Shown here piece by piece: positions 54,001-64,000 of a stretch of DNA of 64,000 nucleotides. This DNA is from Pristiophorus japonicus (Eukaryota), in NCBI RefSeq assembly GCF_044704955.1, contig NC_091981.1, positions 163,370,001 to 163,434,000 of the forward strand, read 5' to 3'. The translations under genes and the position numbers were made by a program. The first letter of the stretch is position 1. Every line of letters starts with the position of its first letter. The notes beneath the pieces were generated by a model that saw nothing but the letters and a program-made list of their open reading frames with translations, had not been told where the DNA came from and searched no databases.

Positions 54001-56170
54001 AAGGTTGTGAATGGTTTTGGGGGGATTGTCAAGAACGGGCTTTCAATAAGGCGAGGAACCTGCTGTGTTCCAACAAAATGTTAACTTTGTATGGGCCCTG
54101 TAAAAAACTGGTTTTAACATGCGATGCGTCATCCTACGTGGTTGGGTGTGTGTTGCAGCAGGGTAACAATGACGGCCGACTCCAACCAGTGGCTTACGCC
54201 TCCAGGTCGCTCTCACAGGCAGAGTGTGGCTACAGCATGGTCGAGAAGGAGGCAATCGCATGTGTGTACGGTGTGAAAAAGATGCACCAGTACCTTTTCG
54301 GTAGACAGTTCGAGCTAGAGACGGACCACAAACCATTAACGTCCCTGTTGTCCAACAGCAAGGCTGTCAACGCTAACGCGTCAGCTCGCATACAGCGATG
54401 GGCCCTCACGCTGGCTGTGTATGACCACACCATACGGCACTGGCCAGGCACCAAAAATTGCGCTGACGCACTCAGCAGGCTCCCACTGGCCACCACCAAG
54501 GGGGCGTCGGAGCAGAGCGCCGAGATGGTCATGGCCGTTGAGGCTTTTGACACATCACAGCCCGACAGATCAAACTCTGGACCAACAGGGACCCCCTCCT
54601 ATCCATGATAAAGAAATGTGTCCTGACTGGGAATTGGGTGCCCGCACACAGGGCATGCCCCGAGGAAGTCAGGCCGTTTCAGAGACGGATGGACGAACTC
54701 TCCATCCAAGCTGACTACCTGTTATGGGGCAGCCGGGTAGTCATGCCCCAGAAAGGAAGGGAAGCGCTCATCAGGAAAATCCACAGCGAGCACCCTGGTA
54801 TCGTGTTAATAAAGGCCATTGTCCGGTCATATGTATGGTAGCCGGGGATTGACTCAGATCTGGAACACTGGGTTCGCAGGTGCACGACGTGTGCCCAGTT
54901 GGGCAATGCCCCCAGAGAGGCTCCACTCAGCCCGTGGTCCTGGTCCACCAGGCCATAGTCACGTATTCACGTAGACTATGCGGGCCCGTTCATGGGGGAA
55001 ATGTTCCTGATCGTAGTCGATGCATACTTGAAGTGGATCGAGTGCATCATATTGAACTCGTGCATGACATCCATCACAGTGGAGAGTCTGCGCACGGTTT
55101 TCGCGACCCACGGCTCGCCGGACATCATGGTCAGTGACAATGGCCCATGTTTTACCAACCATGAATTCCAGGAGTTTATGTCGGGCAATTGGATCAAGCA
55201 CTTCCGGACATCGCCGTTCAAGCCGGCTTCCAATGGCCAGGCGGAAAGGGCGGTCCAAGTCATAAAGCAGGACATACTACGCATCCAAGGACCCTCCCTG
55301 CAGTACCACCTATTGTGCCTCCTGCTGGCCTACAGGTCCTGAGCGCAATCGCTCACGGGAGTCCCGCCAGTGAAACTCTTCATGAAACGCACGCTCAAGA
55401 CACGGCTGTCCCTCATTCACCCAGACCTGGCAGACATTGTTGAGGGCAAGCGCCAGTACCAAACTGAGCTCCATGATCGAGGTTCAAGGGGGAGGTGTAT
55501 AGAAATAGATGACCCTGTATTTGTTCTTAACCATGCTTTGGGACCCAAATGGCTTGAGGGCACCGTAATTGGCAAAGAAGAAAACAGGGTCATGATGGGC
55601 AGACAAAACAATGGGCAGAAATGCCGCAAACACTTGGACCAAGTAAAGACAAGGTTCAGCATAGACACGGAGGAACCTGAAGAAGAGCATGATGAGATAG
55701 CACCCACACCACTACCAGCGTACGAGCAACAAAGGCAGCCCTCAGCATGCACAGTCCCTGCAGCCAGCCTGGAATCACCTCAAGTGACAGAGCCGCGTGC
55801 TGAGACTCAGCCACCAGAGCCACAACTGCGGTGCTCCACGAGAGAGCGTCGACCACCCGATAAACTTAACCTCTGAAACTAAAAGACTCAAGGGGGGAGG
55901 TGATGTCATGTATTTCACCATCTTGCAATGACAATAGTTATGTAACTGTAACTCATGCACACTGTACCTGTACCCTTGAAATGCACAACCTGACCACAGG
56001 GGGTGAGCTTGCGGGAGACACTCCTTACCTGGGTTTCTAGGTATAAAAGGGGAGGTCCCATTCAGGGTCAGCACTCCTTGGTCCTGGGAATAAAGTGAAG
56101 GTCACAGAGTGACCGTGTCTGATATATACATGCCTCGTGTGAGTTTGTAACAAGGCACAGAGACACTACA
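51008..56170 (+). mobile_element. Gypsy LTR retrotransposon (different family) nested in the host integrase region
   Basis: 267-bp LTRs 51008-51274 and 55904-56170; PBS TGGTGACGAG; PPT AGGGGGGAGG; TSD CTCGC/GTCGC; gag-pol with lesions (RT motif FQDG). Confidence 0.96.
52764..53169 (-). mobile_element. CR1 3' fragment nested in Gypsy pol
   Basis: MRGDLIETFKIL...GYGEKAGMGY*; (CATAGAAA)n tail; splits the host peptide KFES|LFQPG. Confidence 0.95.
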
Positions 56171-56973
56171 GTCGCTGGTTCACCCCAACCTGCATGATCA
56201 GGGAGAGAGCAGGCGGCAGCAACATAATGTAAACGATGGTCGCGCCACTGTGTCACGGAAAATTGATCTGAATGACCCTGTGTATGTGCTAAACTATGGA
56301 CAAGGTCCCAAGTGGATCATGGGCACGGTGGTAGCTAAAGAAGGGAGCAGGATGTTTGTAGTCAAACTAGACAATGGACAAATTTGCAGAAAGCACCTGG
56401 ACCAAACGAGGCTGCGGTTCACAGACTGCCCTGAACAACCCACAGCAGACACTACCTTTTTTGAGCCCACAACACACACCCAAAGGATCAACGACATCAC
56501 GCCGGACCTGGAAATCGAACAGATCACACCCAACAGCCCAGCAAGGCCAGGCTCACCCAGCAGCCCTGCAGGGCCAACAACACGCCAGCCCAGCGAGGGC
56601 ACAACCAACACACCAGAACAGACATTTGTACCGAGGCAGTCCACCAGGGAAAGAAAGGCGCCCGACTGCCTCACCGTGTAAATAATTTCCACTTTGACTT
56701 TGGGGGGAGTGATGTTGTGAATCTGTAAAGCATGCACTCCCACATTCCGCCACCAGGGAGCGCATCTTGTGTATCTGTAAAGCATGCACTCCCATGTTCC
56801 ACCACCAGGGAGCGCATCCCCTGAAGTCCCAAGGGATCCCAGCATCCCTTGGGAGCACTGTATATAAGCCGGCCCCTAAGGCCTGTTATTCACTCTGGAG
56901 TGTCTTAATAAAGACTGAGGTCACTGTTACTTTAACCTCCCCGTGTGCAGCCTCATCTGTGTTAGGAACACAT

Positions 56974-58378
56974 CTGACCTTAACACGACGGTATGGATGC
57001 CATGTTGTAAATCGGATTAAGTTGAAGAAAAGGCTGCTTAAAGTTGATGGGAGCATTGAAGTAATTTGTGAGTGATTTTAAGGGCGTTTTAAAATCTTGG
57101 AAATTATCTGAGCACATTGTGGTCAATTTTGAGTAAATTTGTGGTTGTTTAAGGACAGTTCAAGAATTTTGAGGACAGATTAGTAATGGGACCTGTAATT
57201 TCTCAGCCAGTATTGCTGACTACTCACATGCTGCAGAATAGAGATGGGAGAAGGTTCATTGAAGAGCATTATGTGCCCAATCAAAGAAGTGGCAGACTAC
57301 AATTTTACTAGGGCTCCTTGATGCCACACTCAGTCAAATGCTGCCTTGGTGACAAGGGCAGTCACTCTCACCTCACCTCTGGAATTCAGCTCTTTTGTCC
57401 ATGTTTCGACCAAGGCTGTAATGAAGTCTCGAGCAGAGTGGTCCTGCCGGAAACCAAACTGAGCATCGGTGAGAAGGTTGTTGGTGAGTTAGTGCGCCTT
57501 GATAGCACTGTTGATGCCACCGCCCCCCCACCCCCCCATTACTTTGTTGATGATTAAGTGTAGACAGATAGGGCAGTAATTGGCTGCTTTTTGTGGACAG
57601 GACATAACTGGGCAGTTTTCCACATTGTCGGGTAGATGCCAGTGTTGTAGCTGTACTGCTTGGCTAGAGGTATGGGCTAGTTCTGGAGCACATGTCTTCA
57701 GCACGACAGCCAGAATATTGTTGGGTGCATAGCCTTTGTTGTATCCAGTGTGTTCAGCCATTTCTTGAAATCATGTGAAGTGAATTGAATTGATTGATGG
57801 CTGGCTTTTGTGATGGTGGGGATCTCCGAAGAAGGCCAATATGGACTATCCAATCAGCACTTCTGGCTGAAAGTGGTTGCAAATGCTTCAGCCTTGTCTT
57901 TTGCACTCGCATGCTGGGCTCTGTCATCATTGAGGATGGGAATATTCATGGAGCCTCCTCCTCCCATTAGTTTTTTTTATTGTCCATCACCATTCATGAC
58001 TGGATGTGGCAGGACTGCAGAGTTTTGATCTGATCCATTGATTGTAGGATTGTTTATCTCTGTCTATAACATGCTGCATGTAGTCCTGTGTTGCAGCTTC
58101 CCCAGGTTGGCACCTCATTTTTAGGTACGCCTGTGCTGCTCCTATCATGCTATTCTGCACTCCTCATTGAACCTGGCTTGATAGTAATGGTAGATTGGTA
58201 TGCCTGGCCATGAGGTTACAGTTTGTGGTGGAATACAATTCTGCTGCTGCTGAGGGCCCACAGATCCTCTTGGATGCCCAGTTTTGAGCTGCTAGACCTG
58301 TTCTGAATCTCTCCCATTTAGCATGGTGGTAGTGCGACAGTGGAAGGTGTCCTCAGTGTGAAGACGGGACTTCATCTC
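56974..58378 (+). repeat. ~1.4-kb direct duplication, copy 2
   Basis: Colinear with 45773-47175; here the LINE sequence continues uninterrupted beyond 58378. Confidence 0.95.
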
Positions 58379-58800
58379 CATAATGGCTATGCGATGATCA
58401 CTGCTACCAATGCTGTCATGGACAGATGCATCTGCAACAGGTAGATTGGTGAGGATGAGTTCAAGTATGTTTTTCCCTCATGTTAGTTCTCTCAACACCT
58501 GCCACAGACCCAGTCTGGCAGCTATATCGTTCAGGGTTTGGCAAGCTCAATCAGAAGTGGTGCTACCGAGCCACTCTTGGTGATGGACATGGAAGTCCCC
58601 CACCCAGAGTAAATTCTGTGCCCTTGCTACCCTCAGTAGTTTTTAACACGGAGGAGTACTGTTTCATCAGCTGTGGGAGGGCGATAGGTGGTAATCAGCA
58701 GGAAGTTTCCTTGCCCATGCTTGACCTGAATCCATGAGACTTCATGGAGTCCAGAGTCAATGTTGAGGATTCCCAGGGCCACATCCTCCCGACATTGATA

Positions 58801-60920
58801 TGAGATATGAATTGGCTAGAATAGACTGGCGAGTGATACTTAAAGGGTTGACAGTGGGTAGGCAATGGCAAACATTTAAGGATCACATGGATGAACTTCA
58901 ACAATTGTAAATCCTGGTCTGGAGTAAAAATAAAACGGGGAAGGTGGCTCAACCGTGGCTAACAAGAAAAATTAAGGATAGTGTTAAATCCAAGGAAGAG
59001 GCATATAAATTGGCCAGAAAAAGCAGCAAACCTGAGGACTGGGAGAAATTTAGAATTCAGCAGAGGAGGACAAAGGGTTTAATTAGGAGGGGGAAAATAG
59101 AGTATGAGAGGAAGCTTACTGCAAAAGCTTCTATACATATATGAAGAGAAAAAGATTAGTGAAAACAAACATAGGTCCCTTGCAGTCAGAATCAGGTGAA
59201 TTTATAATGGGGAACAATGAAATGGCAGACCAATTGAACAAATACTTTGGTTCTGTCTTCACGAAGGAAGACACAAATAACCTTCCGGAAATACTAGGGG
59301 AGAGAGTGTCTAGGGAGAAGGAGGAACTGAAGGAAATCCTTATTAGTCAGGAAATTGTATTAGGGAATTGATGGGATTGAAGGCCGATAAATCTCCAGTG
59401 CCTGATAGTCTGCATCCCAGAGTACTTAAGGAAGTGCCCCTAGAAATAGTGAATGCATTGGTGATCATTTTCCAGCAGTCTATCAACTCTGGATCAGTTC
59501 CTATGGGCTGGAGGGTAGCTAATGTGACTCCACTTTTTAAGAAAGGAGGGAGAGAGAAAACAGGGAATTATAGACTGGTTAGCCTGACATCAGTGGTGGG
59601 GAAAATGTTGGAAACAATTATTAAAGATGAAATAACACCGCATTTGGAAAGCAGTGACAGGATCGGTCCAAGTCAGTGTGGATTTATGAAAGGGAAATCA
59701 TGCTTGACAAATCTTCTAGAATTTTTTGAGGATGTAACTAGTGGAGTGGACAGGGGAGAACCAGTGGATGTGGTGTATTTGGACTTTCAAAAGGATTTTG
59801 ACAAGGTCCCACACAAGAGATTGGTGTGCAAAATCAAAGCACATGGTATTGGGAGTGATGTATTGACATTGATAGAGAACTGGTTGGCAGAGAGTCAGGA
59901 TAAACGGGTCCTTTTCAGAATGGCAGGCAGTGACTAGTGAGGTGCCGCAGTGCTCAGTGCTGGGACCCCAGCTATTTACAATATACATCAATGATTTAGA
60001 TGAAGGAATTGAGTGTAATATCTCTAAGTTTAGAGATGACACTAAACTGGGTGGCGGTGTGAGCTGCGAGGAGGATGCTAATAAGCTGCAGGGTGACTTG
60101 GACAGGTTAGGTGAATGGGCAAATGCATGGCAGATGCAATATAATGTGGATGAATGTGAGCTTATCCACTTTGGTGGCAAAAAACACGAAGGCAGAATAT
60201 TATCTGAATGGCAGCAGATTAGGAAAAGGGGAGGTGCAATGAGATCTGGGTGTTATGCTACATCAGTCATTGAAAGTTGGCATGCAGGCCTTCATAGCTA
60301 GGGGATTTGAGTCTAGGAGCAGGGATGTCTTACTGCAGTTGTACAGGGCCTTGGTGAGGCCTCACCTGCAATATTTTCAGTTCCTAATCTGAGAAAGGAC
60401 GATCTTGCTATTGAGGGAGTGCAGCGAAGGTTCACCAGACTGATTCCCGGGATGGCAGGACTGATATATGAGGAGAGACTGGATCGACTGGGTCTGTATT
60501 CACGGGAGTTTAGAAGAATGAGAGGGGATCTCATAGAAACATATAAAATTCTGACGGGACTGGACAGGTTCGATGCAGGAAGAATGTTCCCGATGTTGGG
60601 GAAGTCCAGAACCAGGGGACATAGTCTAAGGATAAGGGGGAAGCCATTTAGGACTGAGATGAGGAGAAACTTCTTCATTCAGAGAGTTGTCAACCTGTGG
60701 AATTCTCTGCCGCAGAGAGTTGTTGCTGCCAGTTCATTGGATGTATTCAAGAGGGAGTTAGATATGGCCCTTACGGCTGAAGGGATCAAGGGGTATGGAG
60801 AGAAAGCAGGGAAGGGGTACTGAGGTGATGATCAGCCATGATCTTATTGAATGCTGGTGCAGGCTCAAAGGGCCGAATGACTTATTGCTGCACCTATTTT
60901 CTATGTTTTTATGTTTCTAT
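58801..60920 (+). mobile_element. CR1 LINE, 5'-truncated, decayed
   Basis: Closely similar to 41520-43712; FRDDTK; RMRGDLIETYK; TATGTTTC tail. Confidence 0.95.
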
Positions 60921-61379
60921 TATATCTCTGTGCCACCATGCCTGGTGGGTTTGACCTGCCGGTGGGTGATGGACTCTGGGACATTGGCTGAAAGGCATGA
61001 TTCTCTGAGTATGACTATGTCAGACTATTGCTTGACTAGTCTGTGGGACAGCTCTACCAATTTTGGCTCAAGACCACAGATGTTAGTGAGGAAGACTTTG
61101 CAGGGTTGACTGGGCTGGGTCTGCCGTTTTCAGTCCGAAATCGGTGCCTCGGTCGATGCTGGATTTATTCTTCTTAAAGTTTTTCATAGCAGTTTGTTAC
61201 AATAGAGTGGCTTGGTGGGCCACTTGCTGGACCACCTCAGAGAGCAGATAAGAGTCACCCACATTACTGTCGGTCTGGACCCACATGTAGGCTAGATCAG
61301 GTGAGGATGGCAGATTTCTTTCCTTAAAGGATATTAGAGAACCAGATGGGTTCTTACAACAATCTGATAGTTTTCTATA

Positions 61380-62770
61380 GGCTCCGTTTTTTTTGGAACA
61401 ACTTGATTTTTCTGGAGTATCTTAAAAATCCACATTTTACACATTCAATTTGCGCCAGTGCAAGTGAGTTAGTTAGGATTTTTTTAATTTAGTTTTTTTT
61501 TCAAAAGAGGGCATTACCAGCCACCTATGCCTGTTTTGGCCATTTAGGCTACTTTGGCATGCTAATAGTTACTCCAAACTAACTTAGGCGTATGTGGCCA
61601 CTTGTGGCCACTTGTGGCCGCTTGTGAAAACCCTCGTGGAGAGTTAAGAAATCAGCGCAGGTAGGTACATCAGAGGCCAGCAGAACTTAATGACTTGACT
61701 AAAGAGTGTGAATAGGATCAAACAGCTATACAGGACATCATATGACAAACTTCGCAAAGTTAATTTACTATACAACAGAAGCATTCATGGAAGCTTAAAC
61801 TACAAAAATAAAAGGAGTAAAGAGACAAAACATATTTACGTAATTTTTTCAAAATATCCAAATAAAAAATAGAAGTAAGTAAATCCTACCCTACTTTCAT
61901 CTTCAGCCCAGGAACATTACATATTACTATAAACACTGACAGCAGCCAGTGACAATCAATCAAACCAAATGAAGATCCAGAATGGGGATTGCTTCTGAAT
62001 GAATCCTCCCAGTGACGCAGCAAGTCCAGATTCCAATCCCAAGGATCTTCACTTTGGGATCAGCCTCAGGCCTGGGCTGATGAGTTTGAGGATGATTCTC
62101 CTTTTTCAGCACGGTTTGCTGGGCTGTAACCAGATTTCTTCTCTCCTCTCTTCTTCGACATAACGCCACCAATGACTATAGCAATCAGGGCGACGGCAGC
62201 AATCACAATTCCAACAATCAAACCGATATTTGTTCCCTTTGGAGATCCTGGAGTCACTCGGAACGTCCCGTCCCAGTCTCGGTTCTTCACTCCTGTGTTG
62301 TCACTCCAATCATACTGACAGGAATAGTTGGCTCCATCCGCGGACTCGATCTCAGCCCATCTCGTCAGCTGGTAGGCTCCATCGTGGTGGGGCAGGATGC
62401 CAGTGGATCCCATGTCCGATCGGCTCGCGATTTGTCAGGAGGGTGACTTCGATATCACAAGGGTAAAAGCCCGTGATGAGGCAGGAGAGTTGGGTCGGTT
62501 TAATATTTAGCCACTCGGCCTGGGGCCTGGGGGCGAGGAGCTACTGCGCATGCACTTACACTCCAACGCGTATGTGCAGATGCCCCGGCACTGTTTTCAG
62601 CGCAGGACGCTGGCTCCGCCCCCGACTCGACTGGCCACGCTGCGCAAAGACCCGGGAGAGGCCGGACAGCTGCCAATGTCGGGACTTTTTTTTGTCGCGC
62701 TTGGAAACGTAGAAAAGCTGCGCAACTCGGGTGAGTGCGCCAAAAATCAGCATGGACCAATTTTGAGCCC
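61380..62770. mobile_element. Putative non-autonomous TIR (Harbinger-like) element carrying MHC-I cargo
   Basis: Ends GGCTC...GAGCCC with a 3-bp ATA duplication (61377-61379, 62771-62773); interrupts an older repeat; left TIR is short or damaged. Confidence 0.55.
62066..62509 (-). pseudogene. Intron-less, 5'-truncated MHC class I heavy-chain fragment (alpha3 C1-Ig, connecting peptide, TM, cytoplasmic tail)
   Basis: QLSCLITGFYPCDIEVTLL / STGILPHHDGAYQL..YSCQY..W; TM IGLIVGIVIAAVALIAIVIGGV; tail KKSGYSPANRAEKGESSSNSSAQA*; frameshift near 62415. Confidence 0.85.
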
Positions 62771-62924
62771 ATAGCCACCAATTTTTAATTCCAGATTCTT
62801 TTTATTTACTGAAATTTAAATTTGCTAGTTTCTCTAGTCAGATTTGAACTCATGTTTCTGGATCATTGGTCTAGGACTGCTGGATTATTAGTCCAGTAAC
62901 ATAACCACTATGCTACTCATTACT

Positions 62925-63660
62925 GAGGGAAGTAAAGGTAAAAATTGTGGCAGCTCTGGTCACAATCTTCCAATCCTCCTTAGATATGGGGGATGGTCCC
63001 AGAGGACTAGAGGATTGCAAGTGTTACATGTCTTTTTGAAAAAGGGGAGCGGGATAAACCCGGCAGTTACAGGCCAGTCCGCCTAACGTCAGTGATTGGG
63101 AAACTTTTAGAGACAATAATCAGGAACAAAATTAATCGGCATTTAGAAAAGTATGGATTAATAAATAAATGTCAGCAAGAATTTGTTAAATTCAAATTGT
63201 GGTTAACTAACTTGATTGAGCTTTTTTATAAAATAAGGGGGAGGGTTGATGAGGGTAGTGCAGTTGATGTTGTGTATATGGACTTTCAAAAGGCATTTCA
63301 CAAAGTGCCACATAATAGACCTGTTAGCAAAATGAAAACCCATGGGATTAAAGGGACAGTGGTAGCGTGGATACAAAATTGGCTAAGGGAGAGTAGTGAT
63401 GAACAGTTGTTTTTCAGATTGGAAGGAGATATACAGTGGTGGATCGCAGGGGTTGCTATGAGGACCACTTCTCTTTTTGATATATAATAATAACCTGGAC
63501 TTGAGTATACAGGGCATAATTTCAAAGTTTACAGTGACACAAAGCTCAGAAATATAATAAAGTGGAGGATAGTAACAGATTTCAGGAGGACCTAGACAGA
63601 CTGGTGAAATGGACAGACACATGGGAGATGAAATTTAACACAAAGAAGTGCAAAGTGATA
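62925..63660 (+). mobile_element. Older CR1 ORF2 (RT) fragment
   Basis: VDVVYMDFQKAFHKVPH, WIQNWL. Confidence 0.9.
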
Positions 63661-63661
63661 C

Positions 63662-64000
63662 AGTTATGTCTTGGATAAGGAGTCAGACTAGATACTGCAA
63701 GCTCAAAGTAAGTGTGACCGTAGTCCTTTATTACAGACCTCAGAGTGTCTCCAGCCTCCTTATATATAGGTGCTCCCAAGGGATTGTGGGTTAGACATGG
63801 TCATTACAGGTTTACATACGTAACAACACTGGCTCCCCCCCCCGCCCCACCCCAAGTCAATAGTGTAACTATTTACAACGTGAGTCAATCTGGGGCCTTC
63901 CTTTCCCTGGTTGATCATCTCGGTGCAAATGCTGGTATTGGTGAGTCATTTGTTGGGCCTTCGCTGGGCTGCTGCACAGCTGACCTTGTTGGACTGTTGA
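63662..64000 (-). mobile_element. Gypsy 3' LTR, PPT and integrase tail (runs off the window)
   Basis: Similar to 36941-37300 (same or related family). Confidence 0.85.

Larger units (their letters stand above)
47176..56972 (+). mobile_element. Gypsy LTR retrotransposon (host), decayed, with a nested element at 51008-56170
   Basis: 5' LTR 47176-47386; PBS TGGCGACGAG; gag CWRC knuckle; ELDTGA; FQDD; RH; IN resumes after 56175; PPT; 3' LTR 56713-56972. Confidence 0.95.
57300..62920 (-). mobile_element. Old decayed LINE (CR1/L2 group), interrupted by CR1 (58801-60920) and a TIR element (61380-62770)
   Basis: VLKTCAPELA RT-side remnants, then endonuclease-side sequence continuing across both insertions; boundaries approximate. 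Confidence 0.6.

Noticed and set aside
53151-54608. 485-aa intact or domesticated pol gene
   Set aside because: The start codon comes from antisense CR1 sequence, the RT catalytic motif is FQDG, there is an internal deletion, and flanking frames are broken.
62066-62413. Functional MHC class I gene or an MHC locus linked to Dlx5/6
   Set aside because: No leader, alpha1 or alpha2 in the window; truncated within alpha3 with no splice acceptor; frameshifted; embedded in repeats.

Overview
Vertebrate genomic DNA, most likely from a shark or other cartilaginous fish. That assignment is an inference from the CR1, RTE, Penelope and Gypsy repeat content and a shark-type MHC-I tail. The first ~28 kb is an intact, convergently transcribed Dlx6 (+, 3 exons, 244 aa) / Dlx5 (-, 3 exons, 277 aa) bigene cluster. 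It carries recognisable I56i and I56ii intergenic enhancers and few repeats. From ~28 kb to the end the window is mostly nested, decayed transposons: Gypsy LTR elements with tRNA-Ser PBS, CR1, RTE and other LINEs, and Harbinger-like TIR elements. Four unusual structures stand out. (1) A TSD-flanked, oligo(A)-tailed U2 snRNA chimera (U2 + U2 nt 7-37 + hairpin tail), a candidate snRNA-headed SINE or Keno/Utopia-related retrocopy. (2) An intron-less MHC class I alpha3-TM-cytoplasmic-3'UTR fragment inside a putative TIR element. (3) A Gypsy element flanked by a ~1.4-kb direct duplication instead of a short TSD. (4) An internally inverted LTR element that contains a PPT-LTR-PBS junction. All family assignments come from motif recognition and recall, not database searches.
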